Source: Candidatus Woesearchaeota archaeon
GTDB lineage: Archaea > Nanobdellota > Nanobdellia > Pacearchaeales > GW2011-AR1
Length of the DNA: 64,000 nt
NCBI GenBank assembly: GCA_964592915.1
Contig: CAZQGH010000002.1
Span: 6,435 to 70,434 of the forward strand
Reading direction: 5' to 3'
In this document: positions 11,221 through 20,182 of the stretch, piece after piece
Layout: every line of letters begins with the position of its first letter
Numbering within the stretch: the stretch's first letter is position 1
Program-made: the position numbers and the translations under genes
The notes under the pieces: generated by a model
Seen by the model: only the letters and a program-made list of their open reading frames with translations
Told to the model about the DNA's origin: nothing
Database searches by the model: none

Positions 11221-11931
11221 TCAGCATTCTCCTCCAAATAACCACTTAAAAAAACATCTGATTGTATTCCAAAAACTTTTATCTTCTTTTTTCGGCTCCT
11301 GAGTCTGGCTTTGATTATTTGCAGAGGTTTGATTTTGCTGGTTCTTTGTTTGGCTTTGATTATTTGCAGAGGTTTGATTCTGGCTTGCTTGTTGGTTTTG
11401 TTGCTTAAATTCAGATAAGCTTTGTTTTAATCCTATAATATTTGGAGGGGAATTGTTTTTTTCTGATACCTCATCCCCTCTATAAATTTTTTCTTGGTAA
11501 ACAAACATATAAGGTTTAATTTCTCCATTTTTTTCTGTAAATCCTAATATTTTATAAATAATCTCTTCTTTAGTCATCTCACTTGTATTGATAACTTCTC
11601 TTCCAGCTTCTAAATTTTGCAGAATTATAATAACTTCAGAATCATATAGTGGCTTTATTTCTTCCAAGCCAATTTCATCATAATGCTGTTTTGTTGTGTA
11701 GTATATATGCAATCTATTTGTAACATTGCCCGTTTCAATACACTCATTTTGCTCAATTAAACTGGGAACATAAGCTCCATTTCCATCTCCAACAGGATAA
11801 CCAATTAAAACCATCTCAGAATAATTGCCAATATTATTCACTTTTATACATTTTTCTACAATTTTTGTCTGAGCATTTGCTAAAGAGATAAAAGATATGA
11901 TTAATATTATTGCGATTAGTCCTCTTTTCAT
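11221..11931 (-). CDS. secreted protein with Gln/Asn-rich repeat linker
   Basis: Signal peptide; duplicated QNQTSANNQSQT; C-terminal FW..IRCFFKWLFG amphipathic tail. Confidence 0.75.
   Translation of the reverse strand: MKRGLIAIILIISFISLANAQTKIVEKCIKVNNIGNYSEMVLIGYPVGDGNGAYVPSLIEQNECIETGNVTNRLHIYYTTKQHYDEIGLEEIKPLYDSEVIIILQNLEAGREVINTSEMTKEEIIYKILGFTEKNGEIKPYMFVYQEKIYRGDEVSEKNNSPPNIIGLKQSLSEFKQQNQQASQNQTSANNQSQTKNQQNQTSANNQSQTQEPKKEDKSFWNTIRCFFKWLFGGEC
11306..11379. repeat. intragenic direct repeat (29 nt x2, 45-nt period)
   Basis: TGGCTTTGATTATTTGCAGAGGTTTGATT at 11306-11334 and 11351-11379. Confidence 0.85.
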
Positions 11932-11955
11932 AAATATACTAATGATTGAGTATTT

Positions 11956-12465
11956 TTAAGATTTTGGTTTTAATAAATCAGATAAATTTTCAGGTTTTAT
12001 AGTCATTTTATCTGGGGAATAATATCCGCTTCTAAATTCAAATCCTAAAGATTCATAAAATCTTTTTGCATGTTCATAATGCTGGGAATTTCTTGATGGC
12101 AGATGCAAATAAATTCCCCAACTTCTTATTCTAGCATGTTTTGCTAACTGAGAAATTAAATTTCTTCCAATACCTAAACCTCTTAAATGTTTTTGAACAA
12201 ATAAATCTGAGATATAAAACTTTGGAGATTGCTCTTCATAAAGAAGACATGCCTGAGGGTTATCAGCCAGAACTGCAACAAAACCTGTTCTGTTTTTTAT
12301 ATGCTGCTCTAGTTTTGATTTTTGGAATCTTAATTTTTTTACTCTTGATTTTTCATCTGTAATTCTGAAAATGTCATCATATAGTTGCAATTGAAATCCC
12401 AGTAATCTTCCTAACTGATTTAAATCTTCTTGTTTTAATCTTCTTGTACTATATCTAATTTTCAT
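11956..12465 (-). CDS. GNAT family N-acetyltransferase
   Basis: ISDLFVQKHLRGLGIGRNLI acetyl-CoA motif; AKRFYESLGF. Confidence 0.85.
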   Translation of the reverse strand: MKIRYSTRRLKQEDLNQLGRLLGFQLQLYDDIFRITDEKSRVKKLRFQKSKLEQHIKNRTGFVAVLADNPQACLLYEEQSPKFYISDLFVQKHLRGLGIGRNLISQLAKHARIRSWGIYLHLPSRNSQHYEHAKRFYESLGFEFRSGYYSPDKMTIKPENLSDLLKPKS

Positions 12466-12468
12466 TGA

Positions 12469-13494
12469 TTATCTATAAATTCTTTTAGGAACATAAACCA
12501 AAACTGTTGCCTCTGCATGAACTTTTAAATTTTGTTCCGGAATTCCGTGCTGCAGAGTTTTTTTTACTCTTCTTGCTAATCCATGGAATCCTTTTTGATA
12601 ATTTTTTAATCTTCTTGAAATACGAGAGATAAACTTTTCTGAATATAAAAGAGGTTCTGCTCCATCTGAATGTAATATAAAAAAGTCATTATTTTCTAAT
12701 TCAAATTCAAATCCCTGCTCATGCTGTTCAACCTGAGGTTCTCCGGTATATGCTCCAAAAGTCATATTTTCGCCAGTTTTAAAACTTAGATTTACCTCAT
12801 TATTTCGGAAATGTTTTCTCCAGTATTTTCTATGTTCTGCGTTAAACCAGTCAAAATCAGGAATATGCTCCTCTCCTAATGGCAAATTACCAGGAGTTTT
12901 TGCAATCATCAGGTTATATTTGTCATACCATTTGTCAATAGTTTCCAATCCTGGAATTTCTAAATTATTGCCTATTCTAAAAATTGCAATTCCTGTATCT
13001 CCAGCATTACTGAACACAGCTTGTCTTTCATTTTTTATCAAACAAGTCGAAGCAACACACCCGGGTAAGTCTTCTTCTAGATATGCTGATTCTCTTAATT
13101 CATATTCTTCTCCAGGGTATTTGCAATCAGGTTCAATGTCAAACAATTCCTGTCCAATTACTCTGATTTTAGAATTAGCTTGTTTTCTTGCTTGTTCTGA
13201 TTTTTCTTTTAAACCTCCTTCAGTTTTTAATGCTTTGCCTGCAAATTCATTAGCGAATGTTCTTGCTGCTAATCTTGCTGCCTGAGTTTTATCTCTGTTT
13301 AAAAAATACAATATTGCAAATTGAGTTTTTCCAATAATTGAATCCGTATCAGGCAGGTTTTTTACTGGATCTCTTGTGATACCATCTGCAACTACTAAAG
13401 ATTCTAAATTCCCTTGTTTCTCATATGCATAATAATCTTCTTTTGGGAGTCCAATTCTATGTAAGAAACTCCTTGCAGTATATCCAAATTCCAT
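12469..13494 (-). CDS. PP2C/PPM-like phosphatase domain protein
   Basis: EDYY, VVADG, NAGDTG and LHSDG metal-binding motifs. Confidence 0.65.
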   Translation of the reverse strand: MEFGYTARSFLHRIGLPKEDYYAYEKQGNLESLVVADGITRDPVKNLPDTDSIIGKTQFAILYFLNRDKTQAARLAARTFANEFAGKALKTEGGLKEKSEQARKQANSKIRVIGQELFDIEPDCKYPGEEYELRESAYLEEDLPGCVASTCLIKNERQAVFSNAGDTGIAIFRIGNNLEIPGLETIDKWYDKYNLMIAKTPGNLPLGEEHIPDFDWFNAEHRKYWRKHFRNNEVNLSFKTGENMTFGAYTGEPQVEQHEQGFEFELENNDFFILHSDGAEPLLYSEKFISRISRRLKNYQKGFHGLARRVKKTLQHGIPEQNLKVHAEATVLVYVPKRIYR

Positions 13495-13652
13495 TTTTAT
13501 TATCTGAGTTTAATACTGTGAATTTATAAGTTTATTTGCTATTCATTATACAGAACAAAAACAAATAATAATCAGGTCATCTAACTGTAAAGAATTGTTT
13601 TTTTTGTTTTATCTAAAGAAAGATTTAAAAGACATTTTTGACTATTTATAAA

Positions 13653-14306
13653 ATGGCAAAAACAAGACAAAATCAAGATATAAAAAATTTTAAATGGGCT
13701 GCAAAAAAAGTGTGGGATTTTTTATGGAATGAAGACAGTTTATGGAGCTGGTTAGTTTCATTAGCTTTGGCATTTATTATTGTAAAGTTTATATTTTTTC
13801 CTGCATTATCTTTAATGTTGGGAACTTCCTTACCTCTTGTAGTTATTGAAAGCTCCAGTATGCATCATCAAGGAAGTTTATTTAAAACAATTACTGGTTT
13901 TGGTTTATTTGAACAGGATTCTATAGAAAGCTGGTATGAAGATAATTACAGATGGTATCAAGATAGGGGATTAACATTAGATGATGTTAAAAAATGGAGA
14001 TTTGAATCAGGAATGGATAAAGGGGATATAATTGTTGTTTATGGGAAAAATATTGATGAATTAGAATTGGGGGATGTTGTCATATTCGAAGCAGGGCAAA
14101 GGCGTCCTGTAATTCACAGAGTTGTGGATATTTATGAAGAAGGAAATGAAACATTTATTTCTACAAAAGGGGACAATAATGATGGGCAATTAAGTTTTGA
14201 AATAACTATTTCTTCTGATCAGTTAATTGGAACTGCTTTAATTAGAATACCAAAAATTGGCTGGGTAAAGTTAGTTTTTGTTGAACTAATACAAAAGGTG
14301 TTTTAA
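13653..14306 (+). CDS. sec11: signal peptidase I (archaeal Sec11/S26B)
   Basis: VVIESSSM, GDIIVV, PVIHRVV, TKGDNN, RIPKIGW. Confidence 0.9.
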   Translation: MAKTRQNQDIKNFKWAAKKVWDFLWNEDSLWSWLVSLALAFIIVKFIFFPALSLMLGTSLPLVVIESSSMHHQGSLFKTITGFGLFEQDSIESWYEDNYRWYQDRGLTLDDVKKWRFESGMDKGDIIVVYGKNIDELELGDVVIFEAGQRRPVIHRVVDIYEEGNETFISTKGDNNDGQLSFEITISSDQLIGTALIRIPKIGWVKLVFVELIQKVF

Positions 14307-14307
14307 A

Positions 14308-14757
14308 GTGGATTATTCAGAAAAGTTTGAATACCATCCTAAATTATTACTGGCTGAAGATAAGTGTGATTTAAGGGAGGAATATAGAGCGAGTTTAGAG
14401 CAGATAGGATTTGAGGTTGATACAGCCGGAAATGGTGAAGAATTAGAGCAAAAAGCTTCTGATGAAAACAAATATCATGTTATATTGTCAGATACTGATT
14501 TATCTGGAGAAAAAACAAGATATGGAGATGAAATCATCAGAAAATTATTAGGACAAGGAGAATTAGAAAATGTGTTAATTTTAGGTATGTCAGATAATTC
14601 AGATAATGCAAAGTATTGGAGAGGAATATGTCACCATGCGGGATTTTTTAATAAAAATAACATTCAAGATTTAGGGGAGCAAGTTATGTCACATTATTAT
14701 AATTTTGTTTTTGGAAACGATTTTTGGAGAATGAGAAGTATGAAATATGATTTATAA
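14308..14757 (+). CDS. stand-alone response regulator receiver-like protein
   Basis: LLLAED, VDTAGNGEE, ILSDTDL (putative phospho-Asp), LGMS, FFNK; GTG start. Confidence 0.65.
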   Translation: MDYSEKFEYHPKLLLAEDKCDLREEYRASLEQIGFEVDTAGNGEELEQKASDENKYHVILSDTDLSGEKTRYGDEIIRKLLGQGELENVLILGMSDNSDNAKYWRGICHHAGFFNKNNIQDLGEQVMSHYYNFVFGNDFWRMRSMKYDL

Positions 14758-14926
14758 TATCAGGAATGCATTGCAAAACTAACTCTCTTAAGAGTTGGAT
14801 GGGCATTCCTGAGTATCCTAAAAACCCAACCAACCTTTTAAGCTTCAAAGTTTTATAAACTTTGATAGTGCTCAGAAATCCATAAAAGATTTCTGACATG
14901 TGGTAACATACAGGGTTTTTTTGATT
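14757..14926 (+). mobile_element. composite palindromic element, long copy (A)
   Basis: Ends match 58439-58521; contains the two-hairpin core at 14843-14898 shared with 40375-40425 and 43868-43920, preceded by a degenerate inverted core. Confidence 0.7.
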
Positions 14927-14982
14927 CTATAGTTAAACAAAAAAAGGATAAGATTTAAAAACCCTGAGATTTACAACAAATA

Positions 14983-15291
14983 ATGGAATTTTGTCCAAAG
15001 TGCGGTTCAGTGCTTATTGAAAAAGATAAGAAGTTCAGATGTGCTAAATGCAATTATGTGGCAAAAGGTAAAGTGAATATATCAGCAAAAGAGAAAGTTA
15101 ATGAAATGCATGAAATTGGAGTTATTAAGGAGAGAGATACAGATGTTTTTCCTGTAATTTCAGCAACATGTCCAAAATGTGGACATGAAGAAGCTCAGTT
15201 CTGGTCTGCTCAGACTAGAGCAGGAGATGAAGCAGAAACAAGGTTTTTCAGATGCGTTAAGTGCAAGCATACCTGGAGAGAATATAAATAA
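14983..15291 (+). CDS. tfs: transcription factor S (TFS/RpoM)
   Basis: MEFCPKCG, two Zn ribbons, QTRAGDEAET.FFRCVKC.H.WREY. Confidence 0.95.
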   Translation: MEFCPKCGSVLIEKDKKFRCAKCNYVAKGKVNISAKEKVNEMHEIGVIKERDTDVFPVISATCPKCGHEEAQFWSAQTRAGDEAETRFFRCVKCKHTWREYK

Positions 15292-15389
15292 TTGCATTCT
15301 GTTTTCGAAGTTGTAATTGGGATTCTAATCCTGATGAGATTTGTTTTGTGTTTAGTAATTTTTATAAATATGTAAGTATGAGAGTAAAT

Positions 15390-16049
15390 ATGAACACACA
15401 AATTTATCAGATAAAAGGAATTATATTTGATTTTGATATGACTTTAGTTGATTCTAAAAAGGTTGGAGATGAAGCTCTTGAATACATGGAAGAATATGGT
15501 ATCTCAAGAAAAGATTTTACTGATAAAGAAATTTGGGGAATGACTCATTTAGAGTTTTGTAAAAAATTATCTGAAGTTAATAATCATAAATTATCATGGC
15601 AGGAGATTAGTAAATTAAATCAGAACTTCCTGATTAAAAATTTTTTAAAATTGAAATTAAATTGCCTTGAATTGCTTGAAGAATTAAACAAAAAGAAAAT
15701 TAAAATTGGTATTGTATCAAATAATAAAAGAGAGTTTATTAAAACTACTCTATCGAATAAGTATAACAAGAATATAAATTTTGAATTTATCCTAACTTGT
15801 GAGGATTTAGAAGATAATTCAACAAAAACAGATTTATTATTGAAAGGACTGGAAATTTTATCTTTAAAAAGAAATGAAGTCATGTATGTAGGAGATCATG
15901 TCAACGATATATTAGCTGCAAAAAAAGCAGGAGTAATCTCTGTTGGAATCTCAACAGGAGTTCATTCTTTTGATGAATTAAAACAAAAGAATCCGGATAT
16001 TTTAATTAGAAATCTAAATGAATTAAATAATCACCTAAATAATTCTTAA
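15390..16049 (+). CDS. HAD-superfamily hydrolase (phosphoglycolate phosphatase-like)
   Basis: IIFDFDMTLVDS, GIVSN, YVGDHVNDILAAKKAG; start uncertain (15348-15390). Confidence 0.88.
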   Translation: MNTQIYQIKGIIFDFDMTLVDSKKVGDEALEYMEEYGISRKDFTDKEIWGMTHLEFCKKLSEVNNHKLSWQEISKLNQNFLIKNFLKLKLNCLELLEELNKKKIKIGIVSNNKREFIKTTLSNKYNKNINFEFILTCEDLEDNSTKTDLLLKGLEILSLKRNEVMYVGDHVNDILAAKKAGVISVGISTGVHSFDELKQKNPDILIRNLNELNNHLNNS

Positions 16050-16101
16050 TATTTAATAACAAATATTTTTAAATTGTTTTTTCTTAAATAAATTACAATG
16101 A

Positions 16102-16176
16102 GGATCTGTAGCTCAGTTTGGTTAGAGCACTGCCCTCTTAAGGCAGGTGTCGCAGGTTCAAATCCTGCCAGGTCCA
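16102..16176 (+). tRNA. tRNA-Lys (CTT)
   Basis: Cloverleaf: acceptor GGATCTG/CAGGTCC, anticodon arm CTGCC-CT CTT AA-GGCAG, T-loop TTCAAAT. Confidence 0.95.
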
Positions 16177-16182
16177 TTTAAT

Positions 16183-16590
16183 ATGGAAATAGTGTTGATT
16201 GGTTGTGGTAAAAAGTAAAAGAAGCATAAGGCAAAAGCAAGGGAGTTGTATGAGAGTTCTTTATTTAGGATGAATTTAAAATATGCAGAACAAATCGGAG
16301 ATGAGATATTTATTTTGTCTGCTAAACATCATTTATTGGATTTAGATAGGGAAATTGAGCCTTATGATTTAACACTGAACAAAATGAGCAAGAATAAAAG
16401 ACAAAAGTGGGCAGAAAAAGTTTTAAATAATTTGAAACTAAAAACAGATTTAAATAATGATGAGTTTATTTTTTTAGCCGGGAAAAAATACAGAGAATTT
16501 TTATCACCCTATATAAATAATTACAAAATTCCTATGAGGGGATTGGGAATTGGCAAGCAATTAAAATTTTTAAAACAAAATGTCAGTTGA
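16183..16590 (+). pseudogene. DUF6884-like protein interrupted by an in-frame TAA at 16216-16218
   Basis: MEIVLIGCGKK*KKHKAKARELYESSLF...FILSAKH.LL....IEPYD.TL...LAGKKY...GLGIGKQL; the N-terminal family motif is in frame across the stop. Confidence 0.75.
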
Positions 16591-16966
16591 ATGTGATAAA
16601 TTACATAAGTTATTTAATAGTTTGAAAAGATTTAGTTTCCAAAGTTTTGGGAGAGATATTTTAAAAATTCCTAAAAACGGAATTTATGTTTTATTTGAAA
16701 AGCAGGTTTCAAAGCTAATCCAGAATAATTTTTCTTTTGCTGTTTTGCCTGTTAAAGATAAAAAAACCAGACTGGAAATTGAATCTAAAGTTATATCAAC
16801 TGTTTCTTTATGTGATGAATGCAAGCCGAGTCCAAAATGGTTTGGATTGTTTTCTCCAAAAAATAAAATTAGGGAATCAGGATTATGGTTGATAAATGAG
16901 CTGTATAAAACTCCGATTGATAAAAAAACTTTTAAAAAATTGGAGAAAATAATAAAATTTAATTAA
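16580..16966 (+). CDS. GIY-YIG-like protein, apparently internally deleted
   Basis: IPKNGIYVLFEK joined directly to QVSKLIQNNFSF; C-terminal WFGLFSPK.KIRESGLWL; the expected second (VG/YIG) strand and Arg helix are absent. Confidence 0.5.
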   Translation: MSVECDKLHKLFNSLKRFSFQSFGRDILKIPKNGIYVLFEKQVSKLIQNNFSFAVLPVKDKKTRLEIESKVISTVSLCDECKPSPKWFGLFSPKNKIRESGLWLINELYKTPIDKKTFKKLEKIIKFN

Positions 16967-17091
16967 ATTTTGCTGAATTTTCAGAAAAATATATAAAGTT
17001 TGCCCTATTTAATTCAATACTTCTTTTGGAAAAGAGGATTTTAGAACTAAGATTAAGAAGCTTTAGAATTAAGACTGAGGATTATAGAGAG

Positions 17092-17676
17092 ATGAAAAGA
17101 AAGATTAAAAAAAGAATATTTGAAGTATTAAAACAAATAAGAGAAGATATAAAATGCGAGAATTGTCCGTTTGGAGTTTTGGTTGTTTTCTCAGATTTAG
17201 CAAATGTTTTTGGCAGAGGAGCAATCCCCATTGGAGTTAAACCGACAGAATTTGAAGACACTTTTAATGTTGCAGGAAATATATTTGATGAAAATGCTTT
17301 CAAGATTATAAGAAAAGTAGGAGATGACGGAGCTGTATTAGTAGATGACGGGGGCAATATTTTAGCTCCAGCAGTTTACTTAAATGTTAATTTGTTTTCT
17401 GTTGATAAAGAGGAAATAGATGCTGAGTTTTGTGCAAGGCATATAGCTGCATTAGCAACATCATCAGCTACAAAAGCCAATGTTTATACATTAAGCGAGG
17501 AAACCGCCAAAGTTAGAGAATTTATTAGGGGAAAATTAAGAAAACAGCATCCTGAACCAGATTCTGAAAAATTATTAGAAAAAGTCCAGGAAGATATTCA
17601 AAAAGAGCAGATTAAAGAAAATCTTAAAAAGAAAATTAAAGAAAAGGCTATTGAAGTCGAGGTTCAGCAGAAATAA
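17092..17676 (+). CDS. DAC (DisA_N) diadenylate cyclase domain protein
   Basis: DGAVLVD, ARHIAALA, LSEET..VR.F; likely start MKRK at 17092. Confidence 0.72.
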   Translation: MKRKIKKRIFEVLKQIREDIKCENCPFGVLVVFSDLANVFGRGAIPIGVKPTEFEDTFNVAGNIFDENAFKIIRKVGDDGAVLVDDGGNILAPAVYLNVNLFSVDKEEIDAEFCARHIAALATSSATKANVYTLSEETAKVREFIRGKLRKQHPEPDSEKLLEKVQEDIQKEQIKENLKKKIKEKAIEVEVQQK

Positions 17677-18348
17677 TTACCTAAAAAAATTTCTTATTGA
17701 AGAATAAAATCGTTTAATCAATCCTTCTTTTGGCAACTTTTCTGTTTCTGAATTAGATTCTACTCTCCCTACAATAAATTCTTTAACTAACTCAGGATTT
17801 TCTCTCACTTCACTTATTGTTGGAAAGTTAAATTCCCTTTCTGATTCATATCCTTTAAAATATCCTTGTTCTTCTAATTCCGAAATTATTGAATCTTTTA
17901 CAACACAAGGCATTATTTCTGCCATAATCACCTCCCTAGTTTTTTCATTTGTGAATCTTGTTGCCCATCTAATACCTAATGTTCCTTCATATGTGCATTT
18001 TGGGACATTATTTCCCGGAGTTCCAGATTCATAATGAATTATAATTTTCCCGGGATTTTCCATCATTAACCGAGTAATGTTTGAGGTGTAATGTCCACAA
18101 TAATGGCAACCATAACTTCCATCAGGATACATGAAATGCATTCCATTATCCATAGCTCTTTGGATTCTTGCTTCTAAAACTTCAGGTAATCCAGCCCAAT
18201 AAAATATTAATTTGCCAGGAACTTCATATACTTCTCCATTATGTTCAATAACATCCTCGGGTTCATCTTCACTTATTACTGGTTTTTGGGTTATAGGTAG
18301 TTCTTTCCCGTCCATGCTTGTCGCAATTACTTCGAGTCTTTTTTTCAT
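17677..18348 (-). CDS. hypothetical protein
   Basis: 223 aa ATG ORF with one CHYC motif. Confidence 0.6.
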   Translation of the reverse strand: MKKRLEVIATSMDGKELPITQKPVISEDEPEDVIEHNGEVYEVPGKLIFYWAGLPEVLEARIQRAMDNGMHFMYPDGSYGCHYCGHYTSNITRLMMENPGKIIIHYESGTPGNNVPKCTYEGTLGIRWATRFTNEKTREVIMAEIMPCVVKDSIISELEEQGYFKGYESEREFNFPTISEVRENPELVKEFIVGRVESNSETEKLPKEGLIKRFYSSIRNFFR

Positions 18349-18398
18349 AACTCTTTTAGAAGAATTATCTTTTTAAAGATTGTTGCATTATTTTATAT

Positions 18399-18983
18399 AT
18401 GAGAAAAATAAATAAGATTAAACCAGAAATTCGGATATTGGGGGTGGATGATTCACCATTTTCATTTGAAGATGAAAATGTAAAGATTATTTGCTCAGTA
18501 TTCAGAGGAGCAAATTATATTGATGGGTTGATAAGCTTTGATATTGAAAAAGATGGAGATGATTTTTCTGAAAAATTAATTGAAAACATAAATAATTCAA
18601 GGCATAAGGAGCAATTGCAACTAATAATGCTTGATGGAATTACCTTCGGAGGATTTAATGTTGCAGATATTCATCTTATAAGTCAGAAAACAGATTTGCC
18701 AGTCATAGTTGCGATAAGGAAAAAACCTGAAATGGAAAAGTTCATTGAGGCTTTGAAAAAAGTTGATGCTTCACAAGTAGAGAAAATTAAAAAAGTCGGA
18801 GAAGTTAAAGAGATAAATCTCGGAAGAAATAAAGTTTATGTTCAGTTAGCCAATATGTCTTTAAAAGAAGCTGAAGAAATTTTACAATTGACATGCATTC
18901 ATTCAAACATACCAGAGCCGATAAGAGTTTCCCATTTAATTTCAACTGGAATATATTTTGGCGAGAATAAACCCGGAGCTTAA
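18399..18983 (+). CDS. DUF99 family endonuclease V-like protein
   Basis: IRILGVDDSPF, MLDGITFGGFNVAD, IPEPIRVSHLI. Confidence 0.9.
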   Translation: MRKINKIKPEIRILGVDDSPFSFEDENVKIICSVFRGANYIDGLISFDIEKDGDDFSEKLIENINNSRHKEQLQLIMLDGITFGGFNVADIHLISQKTDLPVIVAIRKKPEMEKFIEALKKVDASQVEKIKKVGEVKEINLGRNKVYVQLANMSLKEAEEILQLTCIHSNIPEPIRVSHLISTGIYFGENKPGA

Positions 18984-19249
18984 CTAACTATTCTTTTAAT
19001 CTCATCAATATGGTCTGCAATTTCTCTGCCTTTTTTTGTTAAATTAATCAATTTGATTCTTCCTTTCTTTTCAAAAGTTACTAAATCCATTTTTTCTAAA
19101 TTTTGCAGAATTTTTACTGCATGACTATATGTGCAATCAACTTCTTTAGCTAAAACTGAGCCGTATTTTGATTTTGACATTTTTTTCAAAGCAACCAGCA
19201 TTAAAGCCGGCTTTCTTCTGAAAAATACATCGAAATTATCTTTTGCCAT
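18980..19249 (-). CDS. winged-helix transcriptional regulator
   Basis: LAKEVDCTYSHAVKIL helix-turn-helix; EKKGRIKLINLTKKG wing. Confidence 0.85.
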   Translation of the reverse strand: MAKDNFDVFFRRKPALMLVALKKMSKSKYGSVLAKEVDCTYSHAVKILQNLEKMDLVTFEKKGRIKLINLTKKGREIADHIDEIKRIVS

Positions 19250-19372
19250 TTTCCCTTAGTCTATAACATATGTTTTTTAAGATATATGTTTTACTATATA
19301 ATATCCCTTTTAAAGCTTTCGTTTCCGAAGGTATTAAAAATTCACTACCGCCTAGAAAATATTTTTCCCAAC

Positions 19373-20110
19373 TTAATGAGTCTCAATTAACGGAACAAAC
19401 ACATATTCTTCCTGAGTTTTGAATTTTTTTAGTTTATCATCTTTGTGATAAATTAACATTGGTCCTGAAGTTTGAGGGCAAATTAAAGTGCCTTGCTGCT
19501 TTAATAATTTTTTAGCTAATTGCTTTATTTTATTTTCCTGCTCTTTGTTATGGATTCCTGCTGTGAAAATTATTTTATCATACTTCTTTTTCCAGCTTCT
19601 GCCTTTTTCAAATATGTTTTCTGCTACAAAATTTAATCTCTGTAATTTTGGATAATCTTCTGGGTGGTGTTGTTTTAAGTAATTTCTTAATTTTGAGACA
19701 TTTTTTTCTGCTTTTTCTTTCAATTTGACAATTCTTTCAACACTCAAAACATTTCCTGGGTAGACTAAATAAGCAATTAAACATGCATTCCATCCAGAAC
19801 CAGCTCCAATTTCCAAAACATCATCTTCTCTTTCTAAATCTGCAAGTAAAAGCATTCTTGCAACAGTTGAAGGCTGACTTATAGTTTGCCCTTGTCCAAT
19901 TCCTAAAGCTGTATCATAATATGCTTTGTTATCTTTTACAAAAAATTTTCTGTCTAATTGCTGAATTGCAAATATAATCTTTTCCAGCAACTTTTCCTGG
20001 TCTGAACTCAGCAGAAATTTTTTGTTAAATTCAAAAACTGATTTAAGCATAGGCTGCATTTTTTTATTTGCTTTTTTGATTATAATTTTTACATCTTTTT
20101 CTAAACTCAT
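19373..20110 (-). CDS. pcm: protein-L-isoaspartate O-methyltransferase
   Basis: GQTISQPSTVARML, VLEIGAGSGWNA, YDKIIFTAG, FVPL. Confidence 0.88.
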   Translation of the reverse strand: MSLEKDVKIIIKKANKKMQPMLKSVFEFNKKFLLSSDQEKLLEKIIFAIQQLDRKFFVKDNKAYYDTALGIGQGQTISQPSTVARMLLLADLEREDDVLEIGAGSGWNACLIAYLVYPGNVLSVERIVKLKEKAEKNVSKLRNYLKQHHPEDYPKLQRLNFVAENIFEKGRSWKKKYDKIIFTAGIHNKEQENKIKQLAKKLLKQQGTLICPQTSGPMLIYHKDDKLKKFKTQEEYVFVPLIETH

Positions 20111-20182
20111 AAATTAAAAAAGATAAACTTATTAATAAATGTTTCTCGTAAGTTTTAAATACATATATTAGCAATTATTAGT

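Noticed and set aside
14757..14926. Possible CRISPR mini-array
   Set aside because: No identical direct repeats with regular unique spacers, and no cas genes in the window
15318..15345. CTGATGAG after a short stem, suggesting a hammerhead ribozyme
   Set aside because: No stem II followed by GAAA and no stem III could be built
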